From: the human T2T-CHM13v2.0 reference genome, Homo sapiens
NCBI RefSeq assembly: GCF_009914755.1
Contig: NC_060947.1
Direction: 5' to 3' (one strand)
Length of the DNA: 64,000 nt
Position numbers and translations under genes: made by a program. Every line of letters starts with the position of its first letter. The stretch's first letter is position 1. The notes under the pieces were generated by a model. It ran no database searches. It was not told the DNA's origin and saw nothing but the letters and a program-made list of their open reading frames with translations. Below are positions 37,276 through 53,424 of this stretch, piece after piece.

Positions 37276-37464
37276 AAGTCAGTGAAAGGGTTCAATCACT
37301 GATGGCTTCATTATTAATGTAAATGTTATATGAGAAGAGCAGCATTTATATCTTCACTCAAATTAGCTTGTGAGGTTAACTCTAGAACAGAAAGCTGGGG
37401 AAGTCTATTGAAGAATACAAGGAAAGGAAAACTACCTAAGGTTTTGTTTAGAATAATCATCCAA

Positions 37465-37600
37465 AAAATGATCATCCTTGTTTTAAGATGAGAAAACAGA
37501 CATAGAGAGGTTAACTGATTTGTCCAGATTGCACACCTAGTAAATAACAGAATGAAAACTTGAACCCAAATCCTTTGACTAAATGCTATGCTCTTTCCTA
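37465..37600 (-). mobile_element. MIR
   Basis: 'ttttaagatgagaaaacagacatagagaggttaactgatttgtcc...ttgaacccaaatc'. Confidence 0.8.
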
Positions 37601-38639
37601 TTGTGAGTCATGGCATCCTGGCAACCTTGGGTGTGTAGGTATGGGCTCTTTACTTTTTCTGTGTCATTCTTAAAATGTAGCACCCAGGAGAGTATGGGGA
37701 AGGGGAGCAGGGAGAAAAAAGAAATAGGTATGCATTCACATAGAAATTCAAATACTGGCTAATTGCAATATGTGAATCACAACAGTAATGTTAAGATCTC
37801 CTCATTTCCCCCCTCATTCTTACAACTCCTCCCCTTTCCCCATTTTATTTCTTCTCTTCACATTCCACCTTCCCCCTCCTCCCTCCAAGTATCTAATTAT
37901 AGTTTTGCAAGAAAAATTACAGACTACATACTGCAATAATTCACACCTGGAATTTACATTGATTTTATGGCATCAAGCTCTGAGTGCCACTTTGCGTTGC
38001 ATTCCCATAGCAACACCAAATCGTAGACTAGGAGAAAGAAAAATCTGAGAACTCAGCATCTGCAGCTCCTGAATCTCTTATATTTATGACTTGGCTCTTC
38101 CTTGACAAGTTGCCTATTTTTCTAACTTTGTTTTTAGAAAGCATACACAAATTAAAATGATCCCACTTCATATTTTGATTGCTTTGAATTTGAAAAATGC
38201 TTGAAAGGGTGTTGCTCTACAGTAACAGATTAAAAAAAAAGATAATTGGATGACAGACAGAAGAGTAGGTGTGAAAAAGTTTGTAAAAGCATCCTGAGAA
38301 CTCTTGTCTCTCACACCTACTATAGTAAAAATCAAAGCAATCCCGGGGCCTCTGGCACATCCTTCTGCCTACAGTGGCCCTCCACTTGCTGACCTGTAGA
38401 CTCAGAAGAAAGAAGCAGCCAGAGGTCAAACATTGCTGCCTTGAAGTAGGATCACATTTGTGCATTTCAGTTGACCTTCTGGATCCTGAGCCCTTTCCTT
38501 ATTTTTTGTGTCTTGTTTGACCAGAGATCTGAATTAGCTTTTCAGATTTGTCTGAGTTGCTGGATCCTTTGTTTCCATCCACTCTGTGAAATGATATCTG
38601 TTTTTCTGCCAGCCATGTCCTGATACTAAACGCTGGTAC

Positions 38640-39027
38640 TGTTAGCATGACTTGACTCTCCTTACTATGGGTAATATTTTTCAAGGTTCCTTCCAGGAGT
38701 CTTAGTTCAATTGTCACCTCATTTTAGAGTTCTTCCCTGACCGATTTATATAAAGTAGTTCCCTCTACCCCATTCCTCCAAGAACTCTCAATTCAACTAC
38801 TTTGTTTCATTTTCCATAGAATATATGATTATATTATACATTAACTGAGATTCCCTAATGTGTTTACTGTTTCAGTGTCTGATCTTCCCCACTGGAATGT
38901 AAGAGCAGCAGCCTAGTCTGTCTTATATTCGACACTTTATTTTCAGTTCTTAGCACAATGCCTGGCCCAGAATAGGCACTCAAAAAAGTATTTGTTAGAT
39001 GAATGAATGAATGAATGAGTGAATGAA
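38640..39027 (+). mobile_element. L2 3' end with (GAAT)n tail
   Basis: 'ttagcacaatgcctggcccagaataggcactcaaaaagtatttgttagatgaatgaatg'. Confidence 0.85.
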
Positions 39028-41074
39028 TTCCGCAAGTGCTTATTGAATACCTATTATGTGCTTACCGCATGATTACCCATTTTGGAAAATAGACACCACT
39101 GGCCTCCTGGAGAGTTTACCAGCAGAAATACCAGATATTAAAAGTCTAATGTGTACCATCTGTTTCGTTGCTTTCTGTCACTGTGGCCTTCACAGCAGTA
39201 GGAACTCAGGAACAGTTTCAGGCCTTCACAGGCTAAAATGTTTCCAAGGTGCTCTTCAGAGCTGGAGGGCTTAGTTTGCCTCACTTCTATGTTTCTACAC
39301 ACCTTGCTTTCTCCTAATTCACTATTGGGCAATCAAGTTATAAAAACATTGACATAGTTAAGTCTGTTTCCTAGTGTAGGCTCAAAATGATTTTGAAGGT
39401 AAGTAAATATACTTGGGAAATTGACAGCCAAGATTTCTGCCATGTGCAACCAAAGGAAAGGTTATTAATACAGTGAAGCTAGGTATATCTCTTCATGGTG
39501 ACTAAGCTATTTTAGTAATTTTCTTTAGGTTTATTGACTTCTTTATTATAAGAAACAATGAAAATCTTAAGGAGAGTCACTCACTGGCAAGAGAAAAAAA
39601 AATCATTTGCCCTAAGTGCGGAGAATAGAAAACTAAATCATCCACTATTACTAATGACAACCACTACAAAGGCCATTTAGTGCGTAGCCTATGCTACACA
39701 CTAAATGTGCGTAGCTAAAGGTGCAATGCACTAAAGGTGCAATGCTAAATATACTTACTCTAAGGAAAAGGAGGACACTTTAAGGCTGAAACTGGGAGAA
39801 TTTTATTCTTTATGTATGTCATTAGGAATTTCCTTTCCTGGGAGAAGACACATCAACACCTCAGTGTAGGGACATTGGAAGGTGCCTTTAAAAAAGACAT
39901 TAGTTGTGCCTTTTAAATTGCTTCTCTCCACAATTCCAGGGTGATTCTTCAATCTCTGCCTTTCTCTTCATAATTCACTCACCTTCTCTGGGCCTCTGCT
40001 TCCCCTATTTGGACAATGAGGCTGATGCTATATGCTCTGTCTAATAGGAGCGTTGGATGGCTGTTATCTCATTTTTTTCTGTCTGGTTAATAGTTACACA
40101 AATGCTAGGCATTATTTTGGTTATTGTTAGTGGTCGTCAATATTTACCTGGGTTTCTTCATCCCTGAGAGGGGCTAATAGTAACCAGTTCGTCCCATTAC
40201 ATGCCTCCGCCTGACAGAATTAAAGAACTCATAGTCCTTGGGATCTCAGCAGTCAGATATCAAATAGTTTCCCTAATCAAGTAGTATTTTATTAGTGGTA
40301 ACCATGGTATTTCAGAAGTGAGATCTGGATTTAATTGAGCTATGATAGAGTTTTCCAGGTTTTAGTAGGGATAGATTGAGCTTTCCTTTTAAACATTATA
40401 AAAATATATTGTCTCCACATTATTTTAATTAGGAAAAATTTGAATAGTCTTAAGGTAGTACTTAATACTTACATTTGATCTTCCAACCAAGGAGGTTTCA
40501 TCATAAATGTAGTTATTCATATGTAATCACATCTCACATAGTAATGATATTTACATAACAAGAAATAATTTTCTTCAGGAAAGTTGAGTATGTCCTGCAC
40601 ACATCAGTATGGCATTATGGAAAACATTCTGACATCTAGGCATTTCTCATTGACATTAATAGGGTCAATATCCTCACCTGTCACCACAAATTAGAAGTCA
40701 CCCCTGGATCTTGTTGTGCCCTGAGGGTAGTAAATAGATTTCCATGCCCCAGACCCAAATAAAATATCACCAGTATCTTTTCTCTTCCTTGGCTCAGGTA
40801 GTATACGTCCTGAAACAGATGACAACTTTAAGTTTGGAATACCAATTGGGTCAGAAGATAAACAAAGTGCCTCATTTTTTGACTCATCCATGCTTCCTCC
40901 ACCTCCATACAAGTATTTTTGACACCAAGTTTCTTTTAATCCTTCTTTAAGAGATTCTTCCTATAAGATTAAAAAAATAAGCAGAGTACCTTTCCAAATA
41001 ACAAAACATAAAGGTAAGTATCTTGCAAGTACATAGGATTCATTTTCTGAATATAGTATAACTTAATAATAGGA

Positions 41075-41079
41075 TGTGC

Positions 41080-41120
<41 letters not shown>
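41075..41120. repeat. (TG)n(AG)n microsatellite
   Basis: Directly visible. Confidence 0.95.
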
Positions 41121-41364
41121 GGAGATAGATTATGCAATCAGATATGACCCTTTATGGATCTATGATTGGTTTACAGGTACTTTTCATGACCTATGAGATC
41201 TGATGGTGAGCACATGTTACTCAAAATTCATTGATCAATTCAGGAAGCATTTGAAAATTGCCCAATAACTGCTTTTCAGAACTAATATCCATTTATATTC
41301 ATTTATTTCAACCAATTCCTAAACAAAAGCTTCAGAGAAAAAAATCTCCTTTGTCTTTGCCTGA

Positions 41365-41897
<533 letters not shown>

Positions 41898-41957
41898 TAG
41901 ATGTCCTAGAAACCCTTATGATAAAATGCCTAGAAATACTGGGAAACATATAAAAAA

Positions 41958-42133
41958 GTTTTTTTTTCTTTTTTTTTAAATCAGAGAAAGGGTCTTGCTC
42001 TACTGTTGCCCAGGCTGGAGTACAGTGGTGTAATCATAGCTCACTGCAACCTTGACTTCCTAGGCTCAAGTGATCCTCCTGCATCAGCCTCCCATAGCAC
42101 TGGTATTACAGGTGTGAGTCATCATGCCCAGTC
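41958..42133 (-). mobile_element. FLAM/AluJ monomer
   Basis: Single Alu arm 'gggtcttgctc...ggctcaagtgatcctcc...ggtattacaggtgtgag'. Confidence 0.88.
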
Positions 42134-43880
42134 AAGAAACATTTTACAAAATGCATACCTGCTTTCATAAGAAATTCAGGGAAAACAGCCAGAGGCACAC
42201 CAAAAGAAGGATCTGCAAACTGAAGTACTAAGGTAACAGTAAACTTGCAGTTGCCCTGGGAATATTTTTCTATCTCAGTTATCTACCACCTTGGATTTTA
42301 GTGGGCTCATAAGGAACAGGAGATGAAGCCTTGTTTCTATACATGGTGTTGATTTGGGATCGTGATTGCCAGTTGAATCTCCTATCCACATAGAAATAGT
42401 GGACTAAAAGGTATATATATGGCCAAGAATAAAGAGAAACTAGAAGTATATTAGTTTGTCTTGGCCTGGGCTCTGTGAGGTAAAAATTGTGAAATGTGAA
42501 AATGTATATATGTAGTCTGCCTTCATGTAAATAAGGATCTTAAATCTGCAACATCTCATGTGATCCTGGAAACTTTGAGCAAAGAAATTAACTTAAAGTA
42601 ATTCCAGATTTGTATCACCACAGGACTCTTGTATGATGCAAAAGTCAACTCTTTCTGAAGGATTTTATCCTAACAGGTCTTGTAGGATTCTTAAACATAG
42701 AGCCCCCATGAACATAAATTCACAATCCAAAGTTATAAAACTGACACTGAAGTAGTGTCAGAAGAAACTACAGAACAGCGTATTTGACCTTTAAGAACTT
42801 CAGATACTGAAATTATCAAATATTAGATTTAACATTTATATTTAAAGTATATAAATAAGAATCAGAAACATGAATGAAGGAGAAGATACAATAAAATGGT
42901 GAGATATATTTGCAGAAATATCAAATGTATTTTACAGAAATGAAAAATTCAGTAGATGGATTAAACAGAAGATTAGGCATAAAGAAAGAATGAGCTATAA
43001 GAAAAATCTGGAGAAACTGTCAAGGTGCAGTTCAGAGAAACAAACTCATGAAATATATAGGAAGCATGGAAAATAAAATGAAAAGATTTATCATATACCT
43101 AGAGTTTCAAATGTAAAGAAAAAGTAAGATTAGGAGAGAGGTGAGATCCAATGAGAAAATGACTGAGAATATTCTAGAATTAATGAAAGACATAGCTTCA
43201 GAGTCAGGATGCATAATGTATATAATGCAGGAAAAATAAATCATCACCTAGGTACAGAATAATAAAACCACAGAACAGCAAAAGCAAGAAAGAATATAAA
43301 TTTAAATAAATAGCAACTCAACCTCCATCTCCAAATGAAGTGAAGGAGAAGAAACTAAATATAGAAAAAGTTTGGTAAGTGGAAAACACCAAGTAAATTG
43401 GTGAAAAATATCAGTAATCACAGTAATATAAATGGACTAATGTGACAAATTGAAAAAGTAATTGTTAGATTAGACTTTTAAAACATGCTACTTATCAGAC
43501 TTTTCTAAAATATAGGGGCAGTAGAAAAATTGAAAGTAAAAGGATGGATAAATATTTGTCAGGCAAATACTAATGCAAACGTTACATATTTTCATAGCTA
43601 TATTATATTTCAGATAAAATTGACCTTAAGGTTAAAAAAGAAGCATACTAGGAAAAAAAGAAGTCTTACATAATGACTGAGAATTCAATTCACTAGGAAG
43701 TTCTAACAGTTCTGAATTTGTATTTACTTAACAATACAGTCTCAAAATACATGAAGTAAAAACTGACTGAATAACAGGAAGAAACACACAAATCCACAAT
43801 CATGAGGGCAGATTTTAATCCACTAGTCAAAGTAATGGATAAATTTAAAAGACAAAAATTGTTGGTGAGATTATGGAATA

Positions 43881-44193
43881 GAGATCAACACACATTTACA
43901 AATTTTAGACATTGTGGACCATATGATTTGCAGAATCTCTTACAGCTACTCAGTTGTGCCAGTGTAGTGTAAAATCAGTCTTAAGACAAAACTTAAATGA
44001 ATGAACATATCTTTTTCCAATAAAACTTCATTTATGGACACTGAAATGTGAATGTCATGTCTTTTTCAAGTGTCACAAAATCTACTTTTGCTAATTTTCA
44101 ACCTTTTAAAAATAAGAGCTCTTTTTTATCTCACATGCCAAAAACAGGCAGTAGGCCAGTCTTGGCCCATAGGCTGCAGTTTGCCAATGCCTA
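43881..44193. mobile_element. MER58-like hAT-Charlie DNA transposon
   Basis: 'cagctactcagttgtgccagtgtag', 'ccaataaaacttcatttatggacactgaa', 'ggcccataggctgcagtttgcc'. Confidence 0.8.
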
Positions 44194-46139
44194 ATATCCA
44201 AGATTTGTACAACAGAATTAATAAGTTTAACTTAGTGAAAAATCTTGCGTGTAGTAATTAGAAAATACATATTATTCTCAAGAACATATGGGATATTTAC
44301 TAAAATTGTCACGTATTATGCCGTAAAGCAACTACCAATACATTTAAAGAAATCCATATAATACAGACCATGTTCTCTTAACTCAATACCATCAACTTAA
44401 AAATAAATAACAAGGGGATTATTTTTAAAACACACTTTTAGAAAAATTTAAAATATACATTTGAATAAATATTCACAAGAGAAAATGTTCATATTGGACA
44501 TTAGAAAATATTTGGAGCAAGTGAAAGATGAAAAAAAGTACATGTAAAAACTTGTGAAATTAACAAACTGATATAGAGAAAGAAGTTAGTAGCATTAACT
44601 ATATTAAAAAATAAAAGGTTATAAATTAATGAGCTAAGTTTCAGTTCTAAAAGTTAGCAAAAGAACAAAATAAACACAAAAAATAGAAAAAAAGAAAATA
44701 AGAGGAGGACAGAAATTAACAAAACAGAAAAGACAAACCTTGTAGAATCAACAAAGCTAAAGGTTCGTTCTCTGAAAAGACTAATAAAATAGACAAACCC
44801 TTGGCAATAGTAGGACGTGTACATACTTGAGAAGAAGAAAGAGAACACCAATGATGAACAATATTAGGAATTAAAAAGGAGAGATATGACTAGATATGAA
44901 GTAACAAATAAGAAAATACCAAAAGACAACTTTATACCAATATACATGAGAACTTAGACAAAATGCATGCTTTTTAAAAGAAAAACATAACTTCCCTAGA
45001 CAAACTACAGAAGAAATAGAAAACCTTAGTAGACTTATAATCATTAAAGAAATTAAATCTGCAGGAAAAAAAAGAACAAAAAAAGGACCTTAAGAAAAAC
45101 ACTGAAACCACAGGAAAATTCAACTAAACATTCAAGGAACAGATCATTTCAAGTTCATATAAACTCTCCCCAAAAGATAAAAACATATATTCCAAATTTC
45201 TTTTCTAAGAATAATCTTTATTCCAAAAGTAGATAAAGACAATAGGAAAAATGAAAAGTGTAAGTAAAACTTATTATGAACATAGATGAAAATTCTAATT
45301 CAAGTATTAGTAGACTGAATCAAGCAATGTATAAAACTGTTAATAAAGTAGACCAAGTTCAGTTTCACTGGAGTCTAAGGTTTGCTGAACATTAGAGAAA
45401 ATGTTAATGTAAATCATCACATTAATGGAAAGTAATAAAATTATATCACCATCTCAATATATACAGTAAAAACATTTGCTAAAAACCAGTGCCTGTTCAT
45501 GAAACAAACCAAAGCAAACACACAGTTATTAACAAAGTAGGAATAGAAGCAACTGATAAATTGTGTCTACAAAATAATCTGTTGCAATCATCATGTTCAA
45601 TGGTGAAATGTTAGGTAAATTCCTCTTGAAAATCAAGAACAGGAGAAAATTGCATAACATTATCATTCCTACTCAACAGTGTACCAGAGGTCCTAATCAG
45701 TGCAGTAAGACAAGAATAAAAGGTAATTATTAAAATGTTAAAAATGCAATGTTGTCACAGTGTATAGACTTTCATGATTTGCCTACATAGAAAACCTGAG
45801 ATAATCTATAAAGCCTTAGAGTTAATGATAGTTTAACAAAAATTAAATGTATTCCTATATGTCAGAAACAAACATTTGGAAAACTAATTTTAGGAAAAAA
45901 ACCGCGTATAATTGCAAGAAAAACAATAAGATACCTAGAAATAAATCTAACAAATGTTTAAGACCTTAATGGAGAAAATATAAGATTTTATTGAGAGATA
46001 GTAGACTTAAATAAAGGCAGATATAAAGCATGTTCATGGAAGACTCACTATGATAAAGATGACAGTTCTCTCCACTTAATCTATATATTCAATGCAATTC
46101 CAATCAAAATCCCAACAGGGTTTTGTTTTTTGCCTTTTG

Positions 46140-46140
<1 letters not shown>

Positions 46141-46185
<45 letters not shown>
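46141..46185. repeat. (TG)n microsatellite
   Basis: Directly visible. Confidence 0.97.
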
Positions 46186-46187
<2 letters not shown>

Positions 46188-47449
46188 GTAAAAATATAAG
46201 CTGATTCCAAAATAAATACAGAAGGAAAAAGACCTCAGGATAGCCAAGAAAATTTTTATGAAGGGACATGGCTTATCAGCTATCAAGGCTTATTAGTAAA
46301 GCTAGAATAAATAAGCTAATTCTCTTACATAAAAACTAGGCCAATAGAATTCAATATAATATAGATCCAGGAGAAAGTCCTTTCCATATATAAAAACTTA
46401 GTATGAGTCGACATTGAAGATTAGCTGGGAAAGAACAGGCTGTTCAATAAATGGCACTGGAATCACTGGTTAATACACGTTTAAAAGGGGGTTATCTTGA
46501 CGTCACACCATAGACAAATATAAGTTCCAAACATTTAAAAGATCTAAATGTAAAAAGAAAACCTTTAAAATGTTTAGAACAATATAAAAGAGACTAACTT
46601 TATGACAGAGTAGAAAAATAGTTCTTTGAAAGGTTTTATAACATAAAACATAAAGGAAAATATTAATTCATTTTACTATAATAGAAGTAAAATATTCTGA
46701 TCATCAAAAGCACCACTTAAAAGTAAAAAAGATAATGAAAAACCTGGGGAAAGATATTTGCAAGGCATAAAATTAATAATTAGAATCCATTCTAAAAATG
46801 TTTTACTACTAATCTACAAGAGAAAACAACTCAAGAGAAAATTAGGCAAAGGTTATGAGCAGGTGTAACCTTTCATAACCTCTCACAGGAGAGGAAACAT
46901 GAATGGCCAATAAACACAGGAAAAGTTGTTTAATTTGACATGTAATTAGAGACATCTAAGTTACATCTAAAATGATATGAAATTTCTCCACCCTCCAGAT
47001 TAATAGAAATTTAATGTCTGGCTACTCCAAGCTTTTGTGAAATTGTGTAGGAATGGACACTCTCATACACTAGTTTTTTTTTTCTTTTTTTCCTTAAAGA
47101 TTTTTCCCTTATTATACACTAGTTGTTGGTGGGAGTTTAAATTGGTGCATTTACTGTTGAAGGCAATTTGTCAATATCTAGTAAAATTGAAGATGGAAAT
47201 ATCCTACAAATGAGCAATTCCACTACTAGGTATATTTCCTAGAGAAATTCTTGTACATTTACACCAAAATATCTGTAAGATATATAGAACTATATCCTGG
47301 TTTGTGAGAAAAAAGGCAAAATTTAAACAATGTACCTATCATTGATAGGGGAATGGATAAATAAATTATAGTGTAGTCATAAAATGAAACACTAAATAGT
47401 GAAAATAAATGAACTTGAGGTAAATATTTCAACAAATTATTGATATAAT

Positions 47450-47896
47450 TGATACAGAGCAAGTGAGCCCCAAAATTGGAACTTAGCCTGGGAGAGTTGT
47501 TGGCTTCACCCAGGAAAGAATTCAAGGGCAAGCAAGTGGTGTTAGGAACTTTTATTGAAACAGCAGTGTACAGCAGCAGCAGAGGTACTGCTCCTTGCAG
47601 AGCAGGGCTACCCCACAGGCAGTGTGCTCAGGGCATGGGCAGTTCTGCAGTCATATCTATACCCACTTTTAATTATGTGCAAATTAAGATTATACAGATG
47701 CTTCTAGAAAAGGGGTGGTAACTTCTGGGTTTTCTGGTCATTGTCATGGAAAGGGGCGCTAACTTCTGGGTGTTGCCATGGTAATGGTAAACTGACATGG
47801 CACTGGTGGGCATGTCTTTGCAGAGGTGCTTTTGCCTCTTCTCTATTTCAGCTATTCTTCAATCTGGTCCAGAGTCAAGTCCTACTTCCTACCTCA
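47450..47896 (-). mobile_element. 3' LTR of the provirus
   Basis: Minus strand starts TGAGGTAGG and ends ...TATCA; preceded by PPT GAAGGGGGAA (47897-47906). Confidence 0.93.
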
Positions 47897-47949
47897 TTCC
47901 CCCTTCAAAGATTAAATACTCCTCTTTAACCTTAAGGGGGATGCAAAAG

Positions 47950-49856
<1,907 letters not shown>

Positions 49857-50119
49857 GGTATCCAGCTGGGCTTTAGAATGGCCTCTACACCCAACAAGAA
49901 CAAAAGAGATGTCTCCCCAGAGGAGGTAGCTGGCTAAAGCAATAGAAAAGAAACATTGTAGTCAAGAAGAGAAAAATTAATGCTCCTATTTCCACCCATG
50001 GCATCATGTTACCACTGCTGGCTGAGTGTTGATTCTTTTAAATAGGTAGTGGAAGTCTTCCAAAGGTTTACAGAAGTAGGTCATGGTGCCCTCTCTTTGT
50101 GCCTGTGACTCATAAGAAA

Positions 50120-50275
50120 CAGGTTTAATCCTCGATAGTTGTACTCAAGTAGTTATTCCCTGACATTTAAGTGGTGGCAGTATTTAACAATACCCAGTAG
50201 GGACCTTTCAGTTAGGTTGTAACTGATTCTCAGAGGATCTTTCTTTTTGGTTTTTAGTAAGACTAAGTCTTGTGA
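50120..50275 (-). pseudogene. Integrase C-terminal (GPY/F) remnant
   Basis: Minus strand, across frameshifts: DLVLLKT..QLQP..GPYWVLLNT..GITT*VQLSRIKP. Confidence 0.7.
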
Positions 50276-51999
50276 GAGGCAATAATTTATTTCCATATTC
50301 TGGAAGAGACTTGTGAATCTAGCCTAAATTTTAAAGGGGGCATAGTGAGGTTTGTCTAACTCCCTGATACCTGTCATGGCCTGAGTTAGTTTTTAAGTTT
50401 CTTTGGAATTTCCTTTGCTCAAGGGACTTACAGTCAAAAGACTTATAGCCAATTAAACATTCTAGGCCAGATGGGAATGGAGGTGGTCAGGCACTCATCA
50501 GCACTTAAAAACCTTTTAAGCAATGTGAGTCAAAAACTAAAAGCCAAAAATGAGATTATATCAAGAGAAACTATATTGGGTGAAGACACTGCTCCCACAG
50601 GCCTCTAAAACAAAACACTTTAGCATCTGGCCACAATAATAGAACCAGAAGAAAAAACTCACAGGAGCCGACAAAAAAGCTAAAGGAGGGAGTTACATGA
50701 ACTCACTGAGAAGCTTTCAAAAGAATTAGCTTACAGAATTGAAAACTTTCTGGTAATTTCACAAATTAATACCTTAAGAAAATTTGGTCTTAAAATGTAG
50801 GCCATTTTTAAAGAGTCAATTATAAACAATTTTCTTTTAGTTACAGCAAGCTTAGTCACACACAAAAAATTTATTTTATAAATTCCCTTTCGTGAACCTT
50901 ATCATAATTTACACAGATCATCTATAACATGCTTGGCCTTTCTGACTTTTCCTACACTATCTCTTTCTTAAATAACCAATCATTTTAATCTAGGACAATA
51001 ATTTACTATAGAGAATCCTTTTGATGCAAAATTACTCCTTTTTAAATATTCTTTCTTGCAAAAAATATATTTTCTGTCAATAGCATTTTTTATATCTCTC
51101 TTTTTTACACATTTGTTCCCTCATATTTTGAACCTTTCTTTCAATAACTTCCAAATTAGACAAAAATTATTCTTTTTTTCCAGTAAAGAATACATTTCTT
51201 TGGCACATTTCATATAAAACTAGGAAGCAAGAAATCCTGAACTACCCACCATACATTGGCATTCTATATATGAGAACTATTCCACAATTTTAAGATTTTA
51301 AACCACACAAAAAGCTCATTATTTAAGCATCTATTCCATTCACATGTGTTTAACATTTTTACTTTTAATAGCTATGTTTAGACCACCTCCAAGAACCAAG
51401 ATCCCATGCAAAGGTAGTCACCATTTAAAGCCATTTTAACCATTTTAAAACCTATGAACATCAGTGATTTACCTAGCTAAAAATCTTAAAGTTAAATTTT
51501 AAAAGACGTAACATTTCTCTTCAAATGAATAAGCCTAGACTAGCCTTGTTTAATTCATGAGCACTCTTTTATCAGCCAATATGATAGCCTGCTAAACACA
51601 ACACACATTAAACCTGTATATACACTTAAACACATCAAATAAAATGACATATACAAAGCAACTGGATTCAAGTTATTTACAAAATTGGGACTTACCTATC
51701 TGCCAAATTTTGTTAGCACCAGTAGGTATAGAAGACAGGAAGAGGCAGGGAAGAAGATCCCATAGCATCAAATAAAGAAGGAAGCTGGGGGAACTGCAGT
51801 GCTCAGGGGGAAAGCCCAGAGTCCCCAAGCCACCAGAGAGATCACCCAGTAGTGGAGACATTGAAGAAAAATGTTCAAGCGGCTGCTTGTCTGCCACTGT
51901 GGGAAGCTGTCCATTAGGTCAAGGGTCCAGACCCTTAGTAAATTTACTTGGACAAGGCAGCTCTCTGGGGGCTAGCAGAAGAAGGTTAGCTCTGGACAC

Positions 52000-53424
52000 A
52001 ATATTTTCCTCTCACTGGGGACAGTTAGGACATCTTATTGCCAATGGTCCTTTTGCTTGCAGTAGACACACTGATTCTGGCCCAGGGGCCTGCGAGTTGG
52101 GATTCCTTTCTGGGCATTCCAGCCGCTGATCTTGCGATGCTTTCTTGAGATGGGTAACCCTGCAGAGGCAGGGGGATTAAAGCATTTGCTAATAATTGCA
52201 TTTTTTGGCTATTTCTTTTTTTTCATCTCTTTTGCCCTGTCCCTATTGTTGTAGACTTTAAAGGCCATGTTTAAGAGTTGGCTTGCAGGAATTTGCGGTT
52301 TCTTTGCTGCTTTTTGTAGCTCCTTCCTAATGACAGGAGCAGATTGAATAATAAAATGCGTACCCAGAAGAGTTTGCCCTTCTGGGGAGTTTGGGTCTGC
52401 ATTTGTATATTTCCTGAGTGCCTCAACTAAATGACCCTGAAACAGAGCAGGATTTTCAACTTTTCCCTGAGTTATTTCTCTAATTTTGTTATAATTGACT
52501 GGCTTAACCATACACTTTTCCTTCCACTTTTTTCCTACAGCACAAGTAATAGATGGCAATATTTGATGACATGCTAAACAAAACACAAGTTGTAATGACT
52601 GTATATACACTTAAACACATCAAATAAAATGACCTATACAAGACAACTGGATTCAAGTTATTTACAAAATTGGAATATGACAAGTTATTTGTGAGTAATG
52701 ACAAGTTAAATCAAAGAACATGGTAAACTTAACAAACTACTCTATAAACTTTTTTGGATTCTTTGAAAACTGGCCAAATTTGTCCTTGTATAAAGCCAAA
52801 TCACACATAGAAATTGGCATATAAGCTCCAAGTGTTTTCTTATTTCCATTAGCTACCTCCTGCAATAGATGTAGGTTTGCCTTTAGGGGCCCCAGTACAG
52901 GGCCCCTCTCCAGGTGGTACTGGTTGGGCTTATTTTCCTGGGCAGTGTGGGGTATAGCTGGGGCTAGTTGGATAAGTGAGGTGGCTGGTGCCTGATGACC
53001 TTGGGGTGAGATCCTTTGTTAGAGAACTGGTAGGACTCCTCTCAGAATTGGGGGACCGAGGAGACTCCAGGGAGGGCATAGGCTTTCTAGCCGGAGCAGC
53101 TAGGAGGGGATTCCTTAGGCATATAGCTTTCTGGTGCCTGGAAATAACGAGAGCCAGTAAAGGGCCATAAAACCCTGTACATAGGGATATCCTCCCATTT
53201 TCCTCTTTTTTTTTTATACAGAATAAGTCCAATCGTAAAATGTCGTTATAATGTATAGGACCATGCTTAGGTAAAATCTGTTTGCTTTCTAATTTGTATT
53301 GAACCCAAATGGTGTTGCAAGAGAAAATGAGTTTCTTTTTCTCTAAGCTGAATTTGAATTTGCTCCAATAGCTTAAAAGACACCCTAGTGGTCAGTCCTC
53401 TGGGATGCTCATCATTGTCTCCAT
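52000..53424 (-). pseudogene. gag pseudogene (MA-CA-NC)
   Basis: MA: PLGCLLSYWSKF..KKKLIFSCNTIWVQY..LDLFC..WEDIPYVQGFMAL. CA: KPVNYNKIREITQGKVENPALFQ (ORF 52209-52610). NC knuckle CVYCKQKDHWQ*RC at ~52030-52075. Confidence 0.9.
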
